The notes under the pieces were generated by a model. That model worked only from the letters and a program-made list of their open reading frames with translations, was not told the DNA's origin and searched no databases. From Candidatus Woesearchaeota archaeon (GTDB lineage Archaea; Nanobdellota; Nanobdellia; Woesearchaeales; JAFGLG01), in assembly GCA_016928155.1 (NCBI GenBank), contig JAFGLG010000002.1, forward strand, positions 80,412-144,411: 64,000 nt of DNA, given 5' to 3'. Below, piece by piece: positions 47,491 through 55,550 of this stretch. Made by a program: the position numbers and the translations under genes. The stretch's first letter is position 1; each line of letters opens with the position of its first letter.

Positions 47491-47746
47491 GCTCTTCCCT
47501 CATCAACTCATGCATCACCCTCAGCTTCTCAATCTGGGTGGGCCATGCGACCAATGCCCTGTCGAGCTTCTTTGTCCTTATCTTGCTCTGCTTGGCAAGC
47601 ATGTCAAAATGGTATTTTATCTTCGAGATATTGGATACAGTGGTCTCCAGCCCGAGTGTCCTGCACACACCTGACGGGTGTATCGGCCATTCCTTCTGGA
47701 TTATCTCATATACCTTCTGTGTCAGTCTCTTTGCGTTCAGTTTCAT
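47483..47746 (-). CDS. small winged-helix protein (87 aa from an internal Met)
   Basis: wHTH-like SGVCRTLGLETTVSNISKIKYHFDMLAKQ; sits between the flavodoxin-like and KaiC-like genes; the track ORF start would overlap the upstream gene by 107 nt. Confidence 0.45.
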   Translation of the reverse strand: MKLNAKRLTQKVYEIIQKEWPIHPSGVCRTLGLETTVSNISKIKYHFDMLAKQSKIRTKKLDRALVAWPTQIEKLRVMHELMREEHE

Positions 47747-47747
47747 C

Positions 47748-48191
47748 TCAATACATCCAGATGTATTTGGCGTATGCTTTTGCCTTCTCAAGCTCGCCTG
47801 CATCCAACTTCCCATGATCGTCTTCGAATAGATCAAGGTGCTTGGCCACAACATTCAGCCTTATCATCCTCATGAACTTCTCTATCCTCTTGCTCGCACT
47901 GCCGGCAAGGGTGTGCTTCAGCCTTAGCCCGAAAGCTGCACCAGCCTTGAACTGCACATTCTTCCCACGGATGTAGCTGAGGAATCCCATGACCTTGTTC
48001 GATGCACCCCAGTTCACTGTATCGCTCCCTATCAGGAAAAGATCTGCTGAGGTTATGTCCCTGTCGCTCACCTTGTCTATGGGCTTCTCAGATATGCTCA
48101 TGCTGTTCCCCTTGACAGACCTCAGGGACTGCATCATTGCATCTGCCACTTTCTTCAGGACAATGCCATCATAGACGATGAGTATGTTCAT
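47748..48191 (-). CDS. flavodoxin-like fold protein
   Basis: ILIVYDG ... LFLIGSDTVNWG pattern of the flavodoxin/NrdI-like alpha/beta fold; the canonical T-x-T-G-x-T phosphate loop is absent. Confidence 0.5.
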   Translation of the reverse strand: MNILIVYDGIVLKKVADAMMQSLRSVKGNSMSISEKPIDKVSDRDITSADLFLIGSDTVNWGASNKVMGFLSYIRGKNVQFKAGAAFGLRLKHTLAGSASKRIEKFMRMIRLNVVAKHLDLFEDDHGKLDAGELEKAKAYAKYIWMY

Positions 48192-48210
48192 TTTCTCCTT
48201 CTCATGCCTT

Positions 48211-48954
48211 TCAGTATTCGAATGGCTTTATGACAAGACCATCCTTGGAGAAATCCAGGAGCTGAAGGCCTGGGACGATCTTCGTCTTCCTCATCTTCTT
48301 TATCTCGACTGTCCTGTTCACGGTCTTGCCCATCTCCATCAGCTTGACCTGGATGAGGCCGTCGCAGGCGAACTCAGAGACTGTATCCCTGGTGAGATAA
48401 TTCTCTGCCTGCGGAGAATCTGCAATGAAAAGGGTTGTCGCACCCAAGTCACTCATGCGTGCAACAAAGATATAGATGAACTGCTGGGTCTCCTCGCCCT
48501 GATTGAGCGCGCTCGGCTGGATCTCGGTTCTCGCAAACCTGGCCTTGGTCTTGACCTTGATCGGAAGCCTGTACATCGGGCCATTGATGGCAAGGATAGA
48601 AAGAGAATCCAGAACAACCCTCTGCGCCTTGATCCTCTTCGCCTCTTTCTCTATCAATGACATGATATCGACATTCGCCTCATCTATAGGCACCTTGAGG
48701 AATGAGACCCTATTCTTGTATTTGGCAAAATTCCAGCCGAACTGGACAGCCTGCTGCAAGAGATTCTGAGGCTTTTCCTCAATAGAGACATACAAGCCGT
48801 TCTCGCCTTTCTGGACACCTTCCCAGAGGAACTGGAGACCGAAGATACTCTTGCCAGTACCCGGACCGCCGCAAAGAACAATAGAACTCTTCTCAGGGAA
48901 ACCACCTTGGATAAGCTTGTCAAGACCTTTTATCCCGCTGCTAACTCTTTTCAT
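48211..48954 (-). CDS. KaiC/RadA-like RecA-superfamily ATPase (paralog of 46747..47490)
   Basis: GLDKLIQGGFP, GGPGTGKS, RVVLDSLS; same length (247 aa) as the paralog. Confidence 0.8.
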   Translation of the reverse strand: MKRVSSGIKGLDKLIQGGFPEKSSIVLCGGPGTGKSIFGLQFLWEGVQKGENGLYVSIEEKPQNLLQQAVQFGWNFAKYKNRVSFLKVPIDEANVDIMSLIEKEAKRIKAQRVVLDSLSILAINGPMYRLPIKVKTKARFARTEIQPSALNQGEETQQFIYIFVARMSDLGATTLFIADSPQAENYLTRDTVSEFACDGLIQVKLMEMGKTVNRTVEIKKMRKTKIVPGLQLLDFSKDGLVIKPFEY

Positions 48955-49093
48955 CTTTCCACCTCTTGGATATTGAATATTATATTCAGCTAATTCAGCT
49001 ATTACTTATTAGGCTAGCATAGTCTGATTTAAATAGTTTTTGCAACATACTGCAAATTAGTACTGGAGAATAGAGAAAATTTCAATGAAATCT

Positions 49094-49163
49094 CAATCTG
49101 AAATATGGATCTAAAACATCAATCCAAAATATCAACCTGGAATATGAATCTGAAACATCAATC
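49094..49163. repeat. two 31-nt imperfect direct repeats (period 39 nt) upstream of the KaiC-like gene
   Basis: CAATCTGAAATATGGATCTAAAACATCAATC / CAACCTGGAATATGAATCTGAAACATCAATC (5 mismatches). Confidence 0.6.
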
Positions 49164-50702
49164 TGACTCCAGTTTTGACTTCACATGGCGAGAAAAAAAC
49201 TCAAAGTCTGACTTCAACCCCTTCTTTTTTCTCCTAATATCATCCTCAGACATCTCATTGAATCTGGCATGGATCCTAAGCTTCTCCATTGAAGCAAAAT
49301 ATATCATCCCGGCAATATCCTTCCTGCTGAAAAAATCAGTCTCAAAACCAATAAGATCAGACCAGTGCCTGCTCTTCCTTATTGCCAGGGATATCTTCGA
49401 CAAGGTGCTGAAATTAATCTTCACGCCAAACTTCTCAGGATCCCTGAACAATACAGAACCGGGATCTATCAGCATCAAGTAGCACATCGTAGCATAGACC
49501 GGATTTCCGACAAAATCATCCTTGTACTTCCGGGACATGCTGTACAATCTCGACATCATCCTCAGAGAATCCCTGACACCGCCCAGATCCTGGAAAGGCA
49601 ATGGCGACATGAAAAAATATGACTGATGCACCTGATTCCTCGCAAGCAGGTGAAGCTGCTTCTCAATCTGGGCATTGGTATAATTGCGCCCGAGCCTCAT
49701 CCTGAGACTCTCATCAGCAGTCTCCGGAGACATGGAGAAGCCCACATCAATCCCGGATCTTTTCCACATGGAGAGGAAGCCGGAATCCATGGGGAAGAAA
49801 AGCTCTCCCCTCAGCACCACATCAAGCCTCTCATTTTTCAGCTCTGAGAAGAATGAATCCAATGCTTTCCGGGGAAGCAGCCTCAGATCACCGTACAAAA
49901 AAATGTAGTCCCTGCCGATGCCCTTGAGCGCCCTGAACTGGCTGACAATATCCTTGATATCAGGATGAGAGACTGATCTGCGGCAGAAATTCGATGCATA
50001 GGAATCCTTTGATCCCCCACAGAATACGCAATCCTGGGTACAGCCCCTTATCATCGGTATGTTCGCCCGCCTAGCAGAAAAATCATCCTTCTTCTCGACG
50101 ACAAGATCATATCTTGAATAATTGAAAGCCTGGGACCTTGGGACAGTGATCCCTGCTTTCCCGGATCCTGCTCTGGATCCCATCATGAGATTGCCCGGGA
50201 AAGCCTTCCTCTCGCCCAAGAGATATCTCACGATGTCAATGATCCTATGATCGCACTCAGCAAGTATTATGCCATCGACAAAACCAAAACGAGCCATGAT
50301 CTCCTGCCTGAAAAATGTCGCAGAGAGGCCGCCCAGCACAACAACCGAATCAGGATATCTCCTCTTAAGATAGGAAGCCAGCTTCAAAGCAGAATTCGCA
50401 TGCACGCTCCAGTGCAGTGAGATCGCGAAGATCCTAGACCTGAACCTGGAGAAGAACCTGTCCAAATCAATCTTGATATCCTTATCCTTGCAGAAAGAAG
50501 CAAGGTTGAGGATCCTTGTCTTATACCCAGCCATGTCAACCTGATCTGCAAGATTCAGCAGGCCCACCGGAAAACTCGGGAACTGGTTCCCGTAGCCAGT
50601 CTCAGAATCCAGGAATCCGGAGTATCCTGACCTAGGACTGATCAATGCAGGAGGATGAATAAAGAGGATATCATACATCCTTCCCCTTATCTGATCATAC
50701 AA
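49158..50702 (-). CDS. B12-binding-domain radical SAM protein
   Basis: N-terminal Rossmann-like B12-binding region; radical SAM GCTQDCVFCGG (CxxxCxxC). Confidence 0.85.
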   Translation of the reverse strand: MYDQIRGRMYDILFIHPPALISPRSGYSGFLDSETGYGNQFPSFPVGLLNLADQVDMAGYKTRILNLASFCKDKDIKIDLDRFFSRFRSRIFAISLHWSVHANSALKLASYLKRRYPDSVVVLGGLSATFFRQEIMARFGFVDGIILAECDHRIIDIVRYLLGERKAFPGNLMMGSRAGSGKAGITVPRSQAFNYSRYDLVVEKKDDFSARRANIPMIRGCTQDCVFCGGSKDSYASNFCRRSVSHPDIKDIVSQFRALKGIGRDYIFLYGDLRLLPRKALDSFFSELKNERLDVVLRGELFFPMDSGFLSMWKRSGIDVGFSMSPETADESLRMRLGRNYTNAQIEKQLHLLARNQVHQSYFFMSPLPFQDLGGVRDSLRMMSRLYSMSRKYKDDFVGNPVYATMCYLMLIDPGSVLFRDPEKFGVKINFSTLSKISLAIRKSRHWSDLIGFETDFFSRKDIAGMIYFASMEKLRIHARFNEMSEDDIRRKKKGLKSDFEFFSRHVKSKLESD

Positions 50703-50777
50703 TAAAAGAATTTGGGTTACAGGATTTGTATTATGGCATCAATAAATTATATAAAGACAGGTTGCAGGCAATCAGTG

Positions 50778-51161
50778 ATGGAGAAGATAGTGCTAGACAC
50801 AAATTTTGTCATGATCCCTGCTGAGTTCGGCATCGATGTTTTCAAAGAGATAAGGAATTGCTTGGATTGCCAATATAAGCTTTTTATTGTCGATAAAACA
50901 ATCAAAGAGCTTGAAAAAATTCTGGAAAAGGGAAAAGGGAAAGAAAAAAGCTCTGCAAAGCTCGCTCTGGACCTCATAAAAGCAAAAGCTTTAAATATAA
51001 TCCCAATGGAATCACCAGAATATACGGACCGCTTGCTCTTAGACTTGGGGGAAAAGGGATATATAATCGCAACCCAGGACAAAGAACTGAAAAGAAAACT
51101 CAAGGAAAAAGGAGCGAAGGTATTGACATTGAGACAGAAGAGAACAGTAATCTTCGGGTGA
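50778..51161 (+). CDS. PIN-domain protein conserved upstream of rpoE in archaea
   Basis: VLDTNFV...D acidic PIN pattern; conserved synteny PIN-Rpo7-Spt4-S24e-S27ae. Confidence 0.65.
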   Translation: MEKIVLDTNFVMIPAEFGIDVFKEIRNCLDCQYKLFIVDKTIKELEKILEKGKGKEKSSAKLALDLIKAKALNIIPMESPEYTDRLLLDLGEKGYIIATQDKELKRKLKEKGAKVLTLRQKRTVIFG

Positions 51162-51165
51162 AAAA

Positions 51166-51720
51166 ATGTTTTACAAGACAGAACTTCAGGATCACATAAG
51201 GGTGCCGCCGAACCTTTTCGGACTGCCAAAAGAGGAAGCAGTGATAAAGCAGATAAAGGCACAGTATGAAGGATACATATCAAAAGATCTGGGCATAGTG
51301 ATTGATGTGTCGAGCGTAAAGGCTATCGGAGAAGGGGTCATCATACCCGGAGACGGCGCAAGCCACTTCGAGACGACATTCGAGCTGCTCGTGTTCAAGC
51401 CAGAGCTCCAGGAGATCATATTCGGAAGAGTGAAGGATATCGCTGACTTCGGCGCATTCATGAACATAGGCCCTATCGACGGCATGATACATATCAGCCA
51501 GTCGATGGATGACTTCGTGAGCTTCAGCAAGGACAAGACCCTGCTCGGAAGGGATACGAAAAGGAGCCTGAAGGTCAATGACAAATGCAGGGCAAGGGTC
51601 ATAGCAGTCAGCTACAAGGACATAACAAACCCAAAATTCGGGCTGACCATGAGACAGCCTTTCCTCGGAAAACTCGAGTGGATGGATGAGGATACGAACA
51701 ATCCCAAGAAGAAAAAATAG
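51166..51720 (+). CDS. rpoE: DNA-directed RNA polymerase subunit E' (Rpo7)
   Basis: N-terminal Rpb7 fold plus S1 domain (GRVKDIADFGAFMNIGPIDGMIHISQ). Confidence 0.9.
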   Translation: MFYKTELQDHIRVPPNLFGLPKEEAVIKQIKAQYEGYISKDLGIVIDVSSVKAIGEGVIIPGDGASHFETTFELLVFKPELQEIIFGRVKDIADFGAFMNIGPIDGMIHISQSMDDFVSFSKDKTLLGRDTKRSLKVNDKCRARVIAVSYKDITNPKFGLTMRQPFLGKLEWMDEDTNNPKKKK

Positions 51721-51727
51721 GTGACTT

Positions 51728-51913
51728 ATGAAAAAGAAGGCATGCAAGAACTGCAAGATCTTTGTCGAAGGCGACGAATGCCCGCTCTGCAAGGGCTCCA
51801 ACTTCACCACGACCTGGAAAGGGAGACTCTTCATACTCGATGCGAAGAAATCGCAGATTGCAGAAAAAATCAGCGCGAAAGTCAAAGGCGAATACGCCAT
51901 AAAGACAAGGTAG
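51728..51913 (+). CDS. spt4: transcription elongation factor Spt4 / RNAP subunit E''
   Basis: 61 aa; zinc ribbon CKNC...CPLC. Confidence 0.8.
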   Translation: MKKKACKNCKIFVEGDECPLCKGSNFTTTWKGRLFILDAKKSQIAEKISAKVKGEYAIKTR

Positions 51914-52255
51914 ATGAAAATGGATGTAGAGGTACTAAAGGAAAACGAGACACCGTTGCTTTCAAGGAAAAGATACACTCTCAAGATAGAGAGCACAGGA
52001 GCCACACCATCAAGGAAGGAGCTCATCAAGGCAGTGTCTGCAAAGATCAAATCAAACCCAAACCTGACAATAATCAAGCATATTTACCCGCAGTTCGGAG
52101 GGAAATACACTAAGCTCATAGCCCATGTCTACAAGGACATGGATGCGCTTGAGAAGATCGAGCATGAGTACCTGATAAAGAAGCACAAGGACGAGAAGAA
52201 AAAGGATGAGAATCCTGCCCAGGCAGACGCCAAGCCTGCTGAAGCCAAGGAGTGA
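51914..52255 (+). CDS. rps24e: 30S ribosomal protein S24e
   Basis: Sequence and size typical of S24e; acidic C-terminal tail. Confidence 0.85.
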   Translation: MKMDVEVLKENETPLLSRKRYTLKIESTGATPSRKELIKAVSAKIKSNPNLTIIKHIYPQFGGKYTKLIAHVYKDMDALEKIEHEYLIKKHKDEKKKDENPAQADAKPAEAKE

Positions 52256-52446
52256 TCAAGATGGCAGACAAGAAAGGCAAGAAAGAGAAGAAGCCATTCA
52301 ACAGATACAAGATGTACAAGATATCAGGCGACAAGCTCGAGAGGAAGAACAAGACCTGCCCGAAATGCGGCTCAGCAAGCTATCTTGCAGAGCACAAGAA
52401 CAGGCTCAGCTGTGGGAAATGCAACTACACTGAGTTCAAGAAGTGA
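52252..52446 (+). CDS. rps27ae: 30S ribosomal protein S27ae (eS31)
   Basis: 64 aa; zinc ribbon CPKCG...CGKC; basic N-terminus. Confidence 0.9.
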   Translation: MIKMADKKGKKEKKPFNRYKMYKISGDKLERKNKTCPKCGSASYLAEHKNRLSCGKCNYTEFKK

Positions 52447-54187
52447 CCTTTCTGAGAACCTTATATGCAATCTTTTCCTGCCCAAAGGCTGTCTTGGCAA
52501 GCTCCCTGTTGAGTATCTCAAAACTCCCATTAAGCCCATTGTTGTTCTTAAGGAAAGAAATATAACCGCCTGCCCTAGGATTAAGAAGTATATCCCCTTC
52601 AGCTGTCGAGAGTGAACCATTATACCTACCTTGTGACATCTGTCCGAAATACCTTCCGAAGAAATCATTCAAGGAAGCATCTTGAAGGATGCCATTCAGA
52701 TCGACATCACCATCCAGCATACATAGCTTGAGCCCAAAATGATGAGTCCTCCTGTAGAGTCCTCTGAGTTCTCTCTCAAGCCTGGCAAGCTTTGAGAAGT
52801 CCTTTATCGGGTCGCCAGCCACCTTCCACCTGACCCCAATCATGGTATCATAAACATCGATATCAAAATTAGCGAAAGGCCCGAGGAAACCATCCCTGAT
52901 CTGCCATATCCTGTCATTGATATCCTTCTTGTCCTCAATGCCATGTGTATTGAGCCTGTAAACAAGAACATACTGGCTGCCATAAGGCACAGTAGGTATG
53001 TTGACAACCACGCGAGGAGCCCCATTCGCAACCTCTGCCAATTCCTTATTCATCTCCTCAGACTCAGCCAGCCTTATCCTGAGCTCGCTTATCTCACGCT
53101 GATACCTATCAGTCGCTTCTTTTATCTTAGGCGCCATGATCCTCTCAGGGACCTCCTCTTTGTGCAATCTCTCGAGCTCCTCTGTAAGCTTAAGAAGGAT
53201 TCCATGAGATTCATCCTGCTGTTCGGAAAGATCACGAACCATGGCCTCAAGATCAGAGATCCTGCCCTCCTTAATCTCGAGCGCCTCCACAGCATCACCA
53301 TGCATCTGCATCAGCGCGGCATATTGTTCAGCAACACCAGCCAGTCCATCGAGCCTTTCGCGGGCAGACTCCAGCTCAACCTGGGCAGACTCAAGCTGCT
53401 TCCTGAGACCTTCATCACCATCGCTTGCTGAGAGAGCCTCACTCAGAGCTCTGCTATATTTAGCTTCCAATTGCGCCTTCTGCTTGGCCAAAGACTTCTT
53501 ATGGGAATCCATCACCCGCGTGTACGCATCAATGTCTGCTTTGCGACATTCCTTGAGATGATTGACAGCGCCTTCAAGGACTTCCACTCTCTCCCTGCTT
53601 GCAAGATATAGGCTGACTGACATGTCCAGCAGCATATGGAAAGGTAGATAAGCTATCCCTGTGTCATTGTCTATATGGGCTTCCTGGAAAAATGAGAAAG
53701 GCACATGAGAGGAATCCTGCACAATCAGCTGCTTCTGATAGTCAAGATATGGAACCACTATATTGGAATAAAGACCAAACCTCTCTTCCATCTTCTGGAA
53801 ATCAGGCAAGGTGCGACCAGATCCATGCTCTTTCACTGTGGCAAACCTGCAGACAGGGACATATCCAACAATGCTTGACAAATCAGGCCTGGCATCTGAA
53901 GCAGAAACAGATGCATCCTGCGCAGAAGACTTCTTCCCAGACAGCTCTTCGACACCGATCCCACGTCTCAGAAATATCTGGGTCATACTCTCCCCATCAT
54001 GCCCTTTGACAGATTCCTGGACAGAGCCATCAGGGAGAATCATGTAATTCATTGTCTGGGTATCAATCCTGGATGGGTTCAACCTATCATCTATAGAAGA
54101 GACACTAAGATGCGATGTCTCAAAAACCGGGATATCTTCCGGCTCAGCATTCTTTGGTTTTTTCTTTTTGGGATCCATTTTAAGCAT
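52436..54187 (-). CDS. hypothetical protein (583 aa) with a central Ala/Glu/Leu-rich coiled coil
   Basis: Long ORF with coding-like composition; no family recognised. Confidence 0.5.
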   Translation of the reverse strand: MLKMDPKKKKPKNAEPEDIPVFETSHLSVSSIDDRLNPSRIDTQTMNYMILPDGSVQESVKGHDGESMTQIFLRRGIGVEELSGKKSSAQDASVSASDARPDLSSIVGYVPVCRFATVKEHGSGRTLPDFQKMEERFGLYSNIVVPYLDYQKQLIVQDSSHVPFSFFQEAHIDNDTGIAYLPFHMLLDMSVSLYLASRERVEVLEGAVNHLKECRKADIDAYTRVMDSHKKSLAKQKAQLEAKYSRALSEALSASDGDEGLRKQLESAQVELESARERLDGLAGVAEQYAALMQMHGDAVEALEIKEGRISDLEAMVRDLSEQQDESHGILLKLTEELERLHKEEVPERIMAPKIKEATDRYQREISELRIRLAESEEMNKELAEVANGAPRVVVNIPTVPYGSQYVLVYRLNTHGIEDKKDINDRIWQIRDGFLGPFANFDIDVYDTMIGVRWKVAGDPIKDFSKLARLERELRGLYRRTHHFGLKLCMLDGDVDLNGILQDASLNDFFGRYFGQMSQGRYNGSLSTAEGDILLNPRAGGYISFLKNNNGLNGSFEILNRELAKTAFGQEKIAYKVLRKVTS

Positions 54188-54280
54188 GCATCAATGCATT
54201 TATAGCAGGTCTGCGCATATAGTACATTGGCTCATTATTTAAATCTTTCGTTAAGTTTGTCACTCCAAAGTAAGTAAAAA

Positions 54281-54303
54281 TGTTGTTACACCCCGTAACA
54301 ACA
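54281..54303. promoter_or_regulatory. perfect 9-bp stem / 5-nt loop hairpin (TGTTGTTAC-ACCCC-GTAACAACA) in a divergent intergenic region
   Basis: Seen directly; followed at 54317-54335 by the TTTCTATATTG promoter-like box. Confidence 0.35.
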
Positions 54304-54387
54304 GAATACTATAAAATTTCTATATTGTAAATAATATAAAAGCAGATTTGCCCAATATTTAAAAAGGATGATACATGAAACAGGTCC

Positions 54388-54858
54388 ATGCAAAAAGCAA
54401 GAATACTGAACACAAGAGAGACCAAACAGATAATGAAAAAAATCGAAGAGCAGTGGGGTTTCAGAGGAGACCTGAGATATACATTCATACAGAATGAGAG
54501 GGACAAGATATTTGTCATAACCAACGACCTCAAACTGCTTGAAAAACCGGAAGACCTGAGGATAGATTCACTAGGACTCTATTTCGGAGAATTCAAGAAC
54601 AACGAGCTCAGGCTGTCAATAGAAGGGAGCCAGATGATCGGACCAGGAGCCACCCATGATGTGATCGATCTCACGCGCGCCCAGATGATACAATGGTTCA
54701 AGGGGGATGACATCGAGATGGATATCGGAGGAGAACCGAGATATGTCATCATGAGGCATGAGAAAGACTTCCTAGGCACAGGAAGATACAAAGAAGGCAA
54801 GATACTGAACTTCGTGCCGAAGGCAAGAAGGCTTGACTACAAATATGCGGAAGATTAG
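54388..54858 (+). CDS. nip7: Nip7-like ribosome biogenesis protein (PUA domain)
   Basis: DSLGLYFGEF ... RLSIEGSQMIG pattern aligns with the archaeal/yeast Nip7 YSLGTxFGK region; about 156 aa. Confidence 0.6.
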   Translation: MQKARILNTRETKQIMKKIEEQWGFRGDLRYTFIQNERDKIFVITNDLKLLEKPEDLRIDSLGLYFGEFKNNELRLSIEGSQMIGPGATHDVIDLTRAQMIQWFKGDDIEMDIGGEPRYVIMRHEKDFLGTGRYKEGKILNFVPKARRLDYKYAED

Positions 54859-55298
54859 GAATTCCAGATCCTGTCGCCGACATAATGGATGTTCCTGATG
54901 ACCTTCCCCTTATCGATCCGCTTCATCTCTCCGGAAGAATACTTCGCCTGGCCGACCGCAAGCGGCTTGCCGTGCTTCTCATCAACAACCAATACCAAAG
55001 CGCCATCATGGAAATCATCAAAAGATACGATGCCTGGACGCATGATGTCAGCGCCGGAAGCGACAAATTTCACAGCACCCATGTCGACGACAACCCGGGA
55101 CATCCGGATGCCCCTGCTGATTATGGCCTTCAGGGTAGGCAGGATGATATCCCCTGACACAAGACAGACAGGCGCACCATCAAGCAGGATAAAATCATCA
55201 ACCTGCTCAACCTTATCCTTCTTAGAAAATGAAAGGCCAAAAGGAGACAGCCTCTGACCCAGCTCTCTCTTCTCGGAATTGCTGAAAACCTTCCTCAT
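54855..55298 (-). CDS. PUA-domain RNA-binding protein (MCT-1/Tma20-like)
   Basis: C-terminal PUA pattern VVVDMGAVKFVASGADIMRPGI. Confidence 0.65.
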   Translation of the reverse strand: MRKVFSNSEKRELGQRLSPFGLSFSKKDKVEQVDDFILLDGAPVCLVSGDIILPTLKAIISRGIRMSRVVVDMGAVKFVASGADIMRPGIVSFDDFHDGALVLVVDEKHGKPLAVGQAKYSSGEMKRIDKGKVIRNIHYVGDRIWNS

Positions 55299-55513
55299 TT
55301 AAGGGAGTCCTCTAAAGGCTTCTTCTTCTCCTGCTGCATCCTCTGAGCCTCCTTCTCCAGATCAACACCAAGATTCTTGAGCTCCTTGATGTGCATCTGC
55401 ATGAGCTGCTCAACAATGCCGACAATCTTCAGAAGCTCCTCGCGCTCCTTCGCCAGAGTGCTCAGAGAGCCCTTATGAAACCCAATCTGCTCATCTTTTG
55501 AAATATCAGCCAT
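55295..55513 (-). CDS. small coiled-coil protein (72 aa), translationally coupled to the PUA gene
   Basis: ATGA overlap with the downstream gene; no motif recognised. Confidence 0.35.
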   Translation of the reverse strand: MADISKDEQIGFHKGSLSTLAKEREELLKIVGIVEQLMQMHIKELKNLGVDLEKEAQRMQQEKKKPLEDSLK

Positions 55514-55550
55514 ATTATCACCTTCTCCTTGGATTCATCCAGGGTTTATA

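Noticed and set aside
43899-54187. Possible horizontally acquired GC-rich genes (43899-45407 and 52436-54187)
   Set aside because: Spot GC counts (about 57 %) are no higher than ribosomal protein genes in the same window (about 58 %). Coding DNA in general is far more GC-rich than the AT-rich spacers, so composition alone does not support foreign origin.
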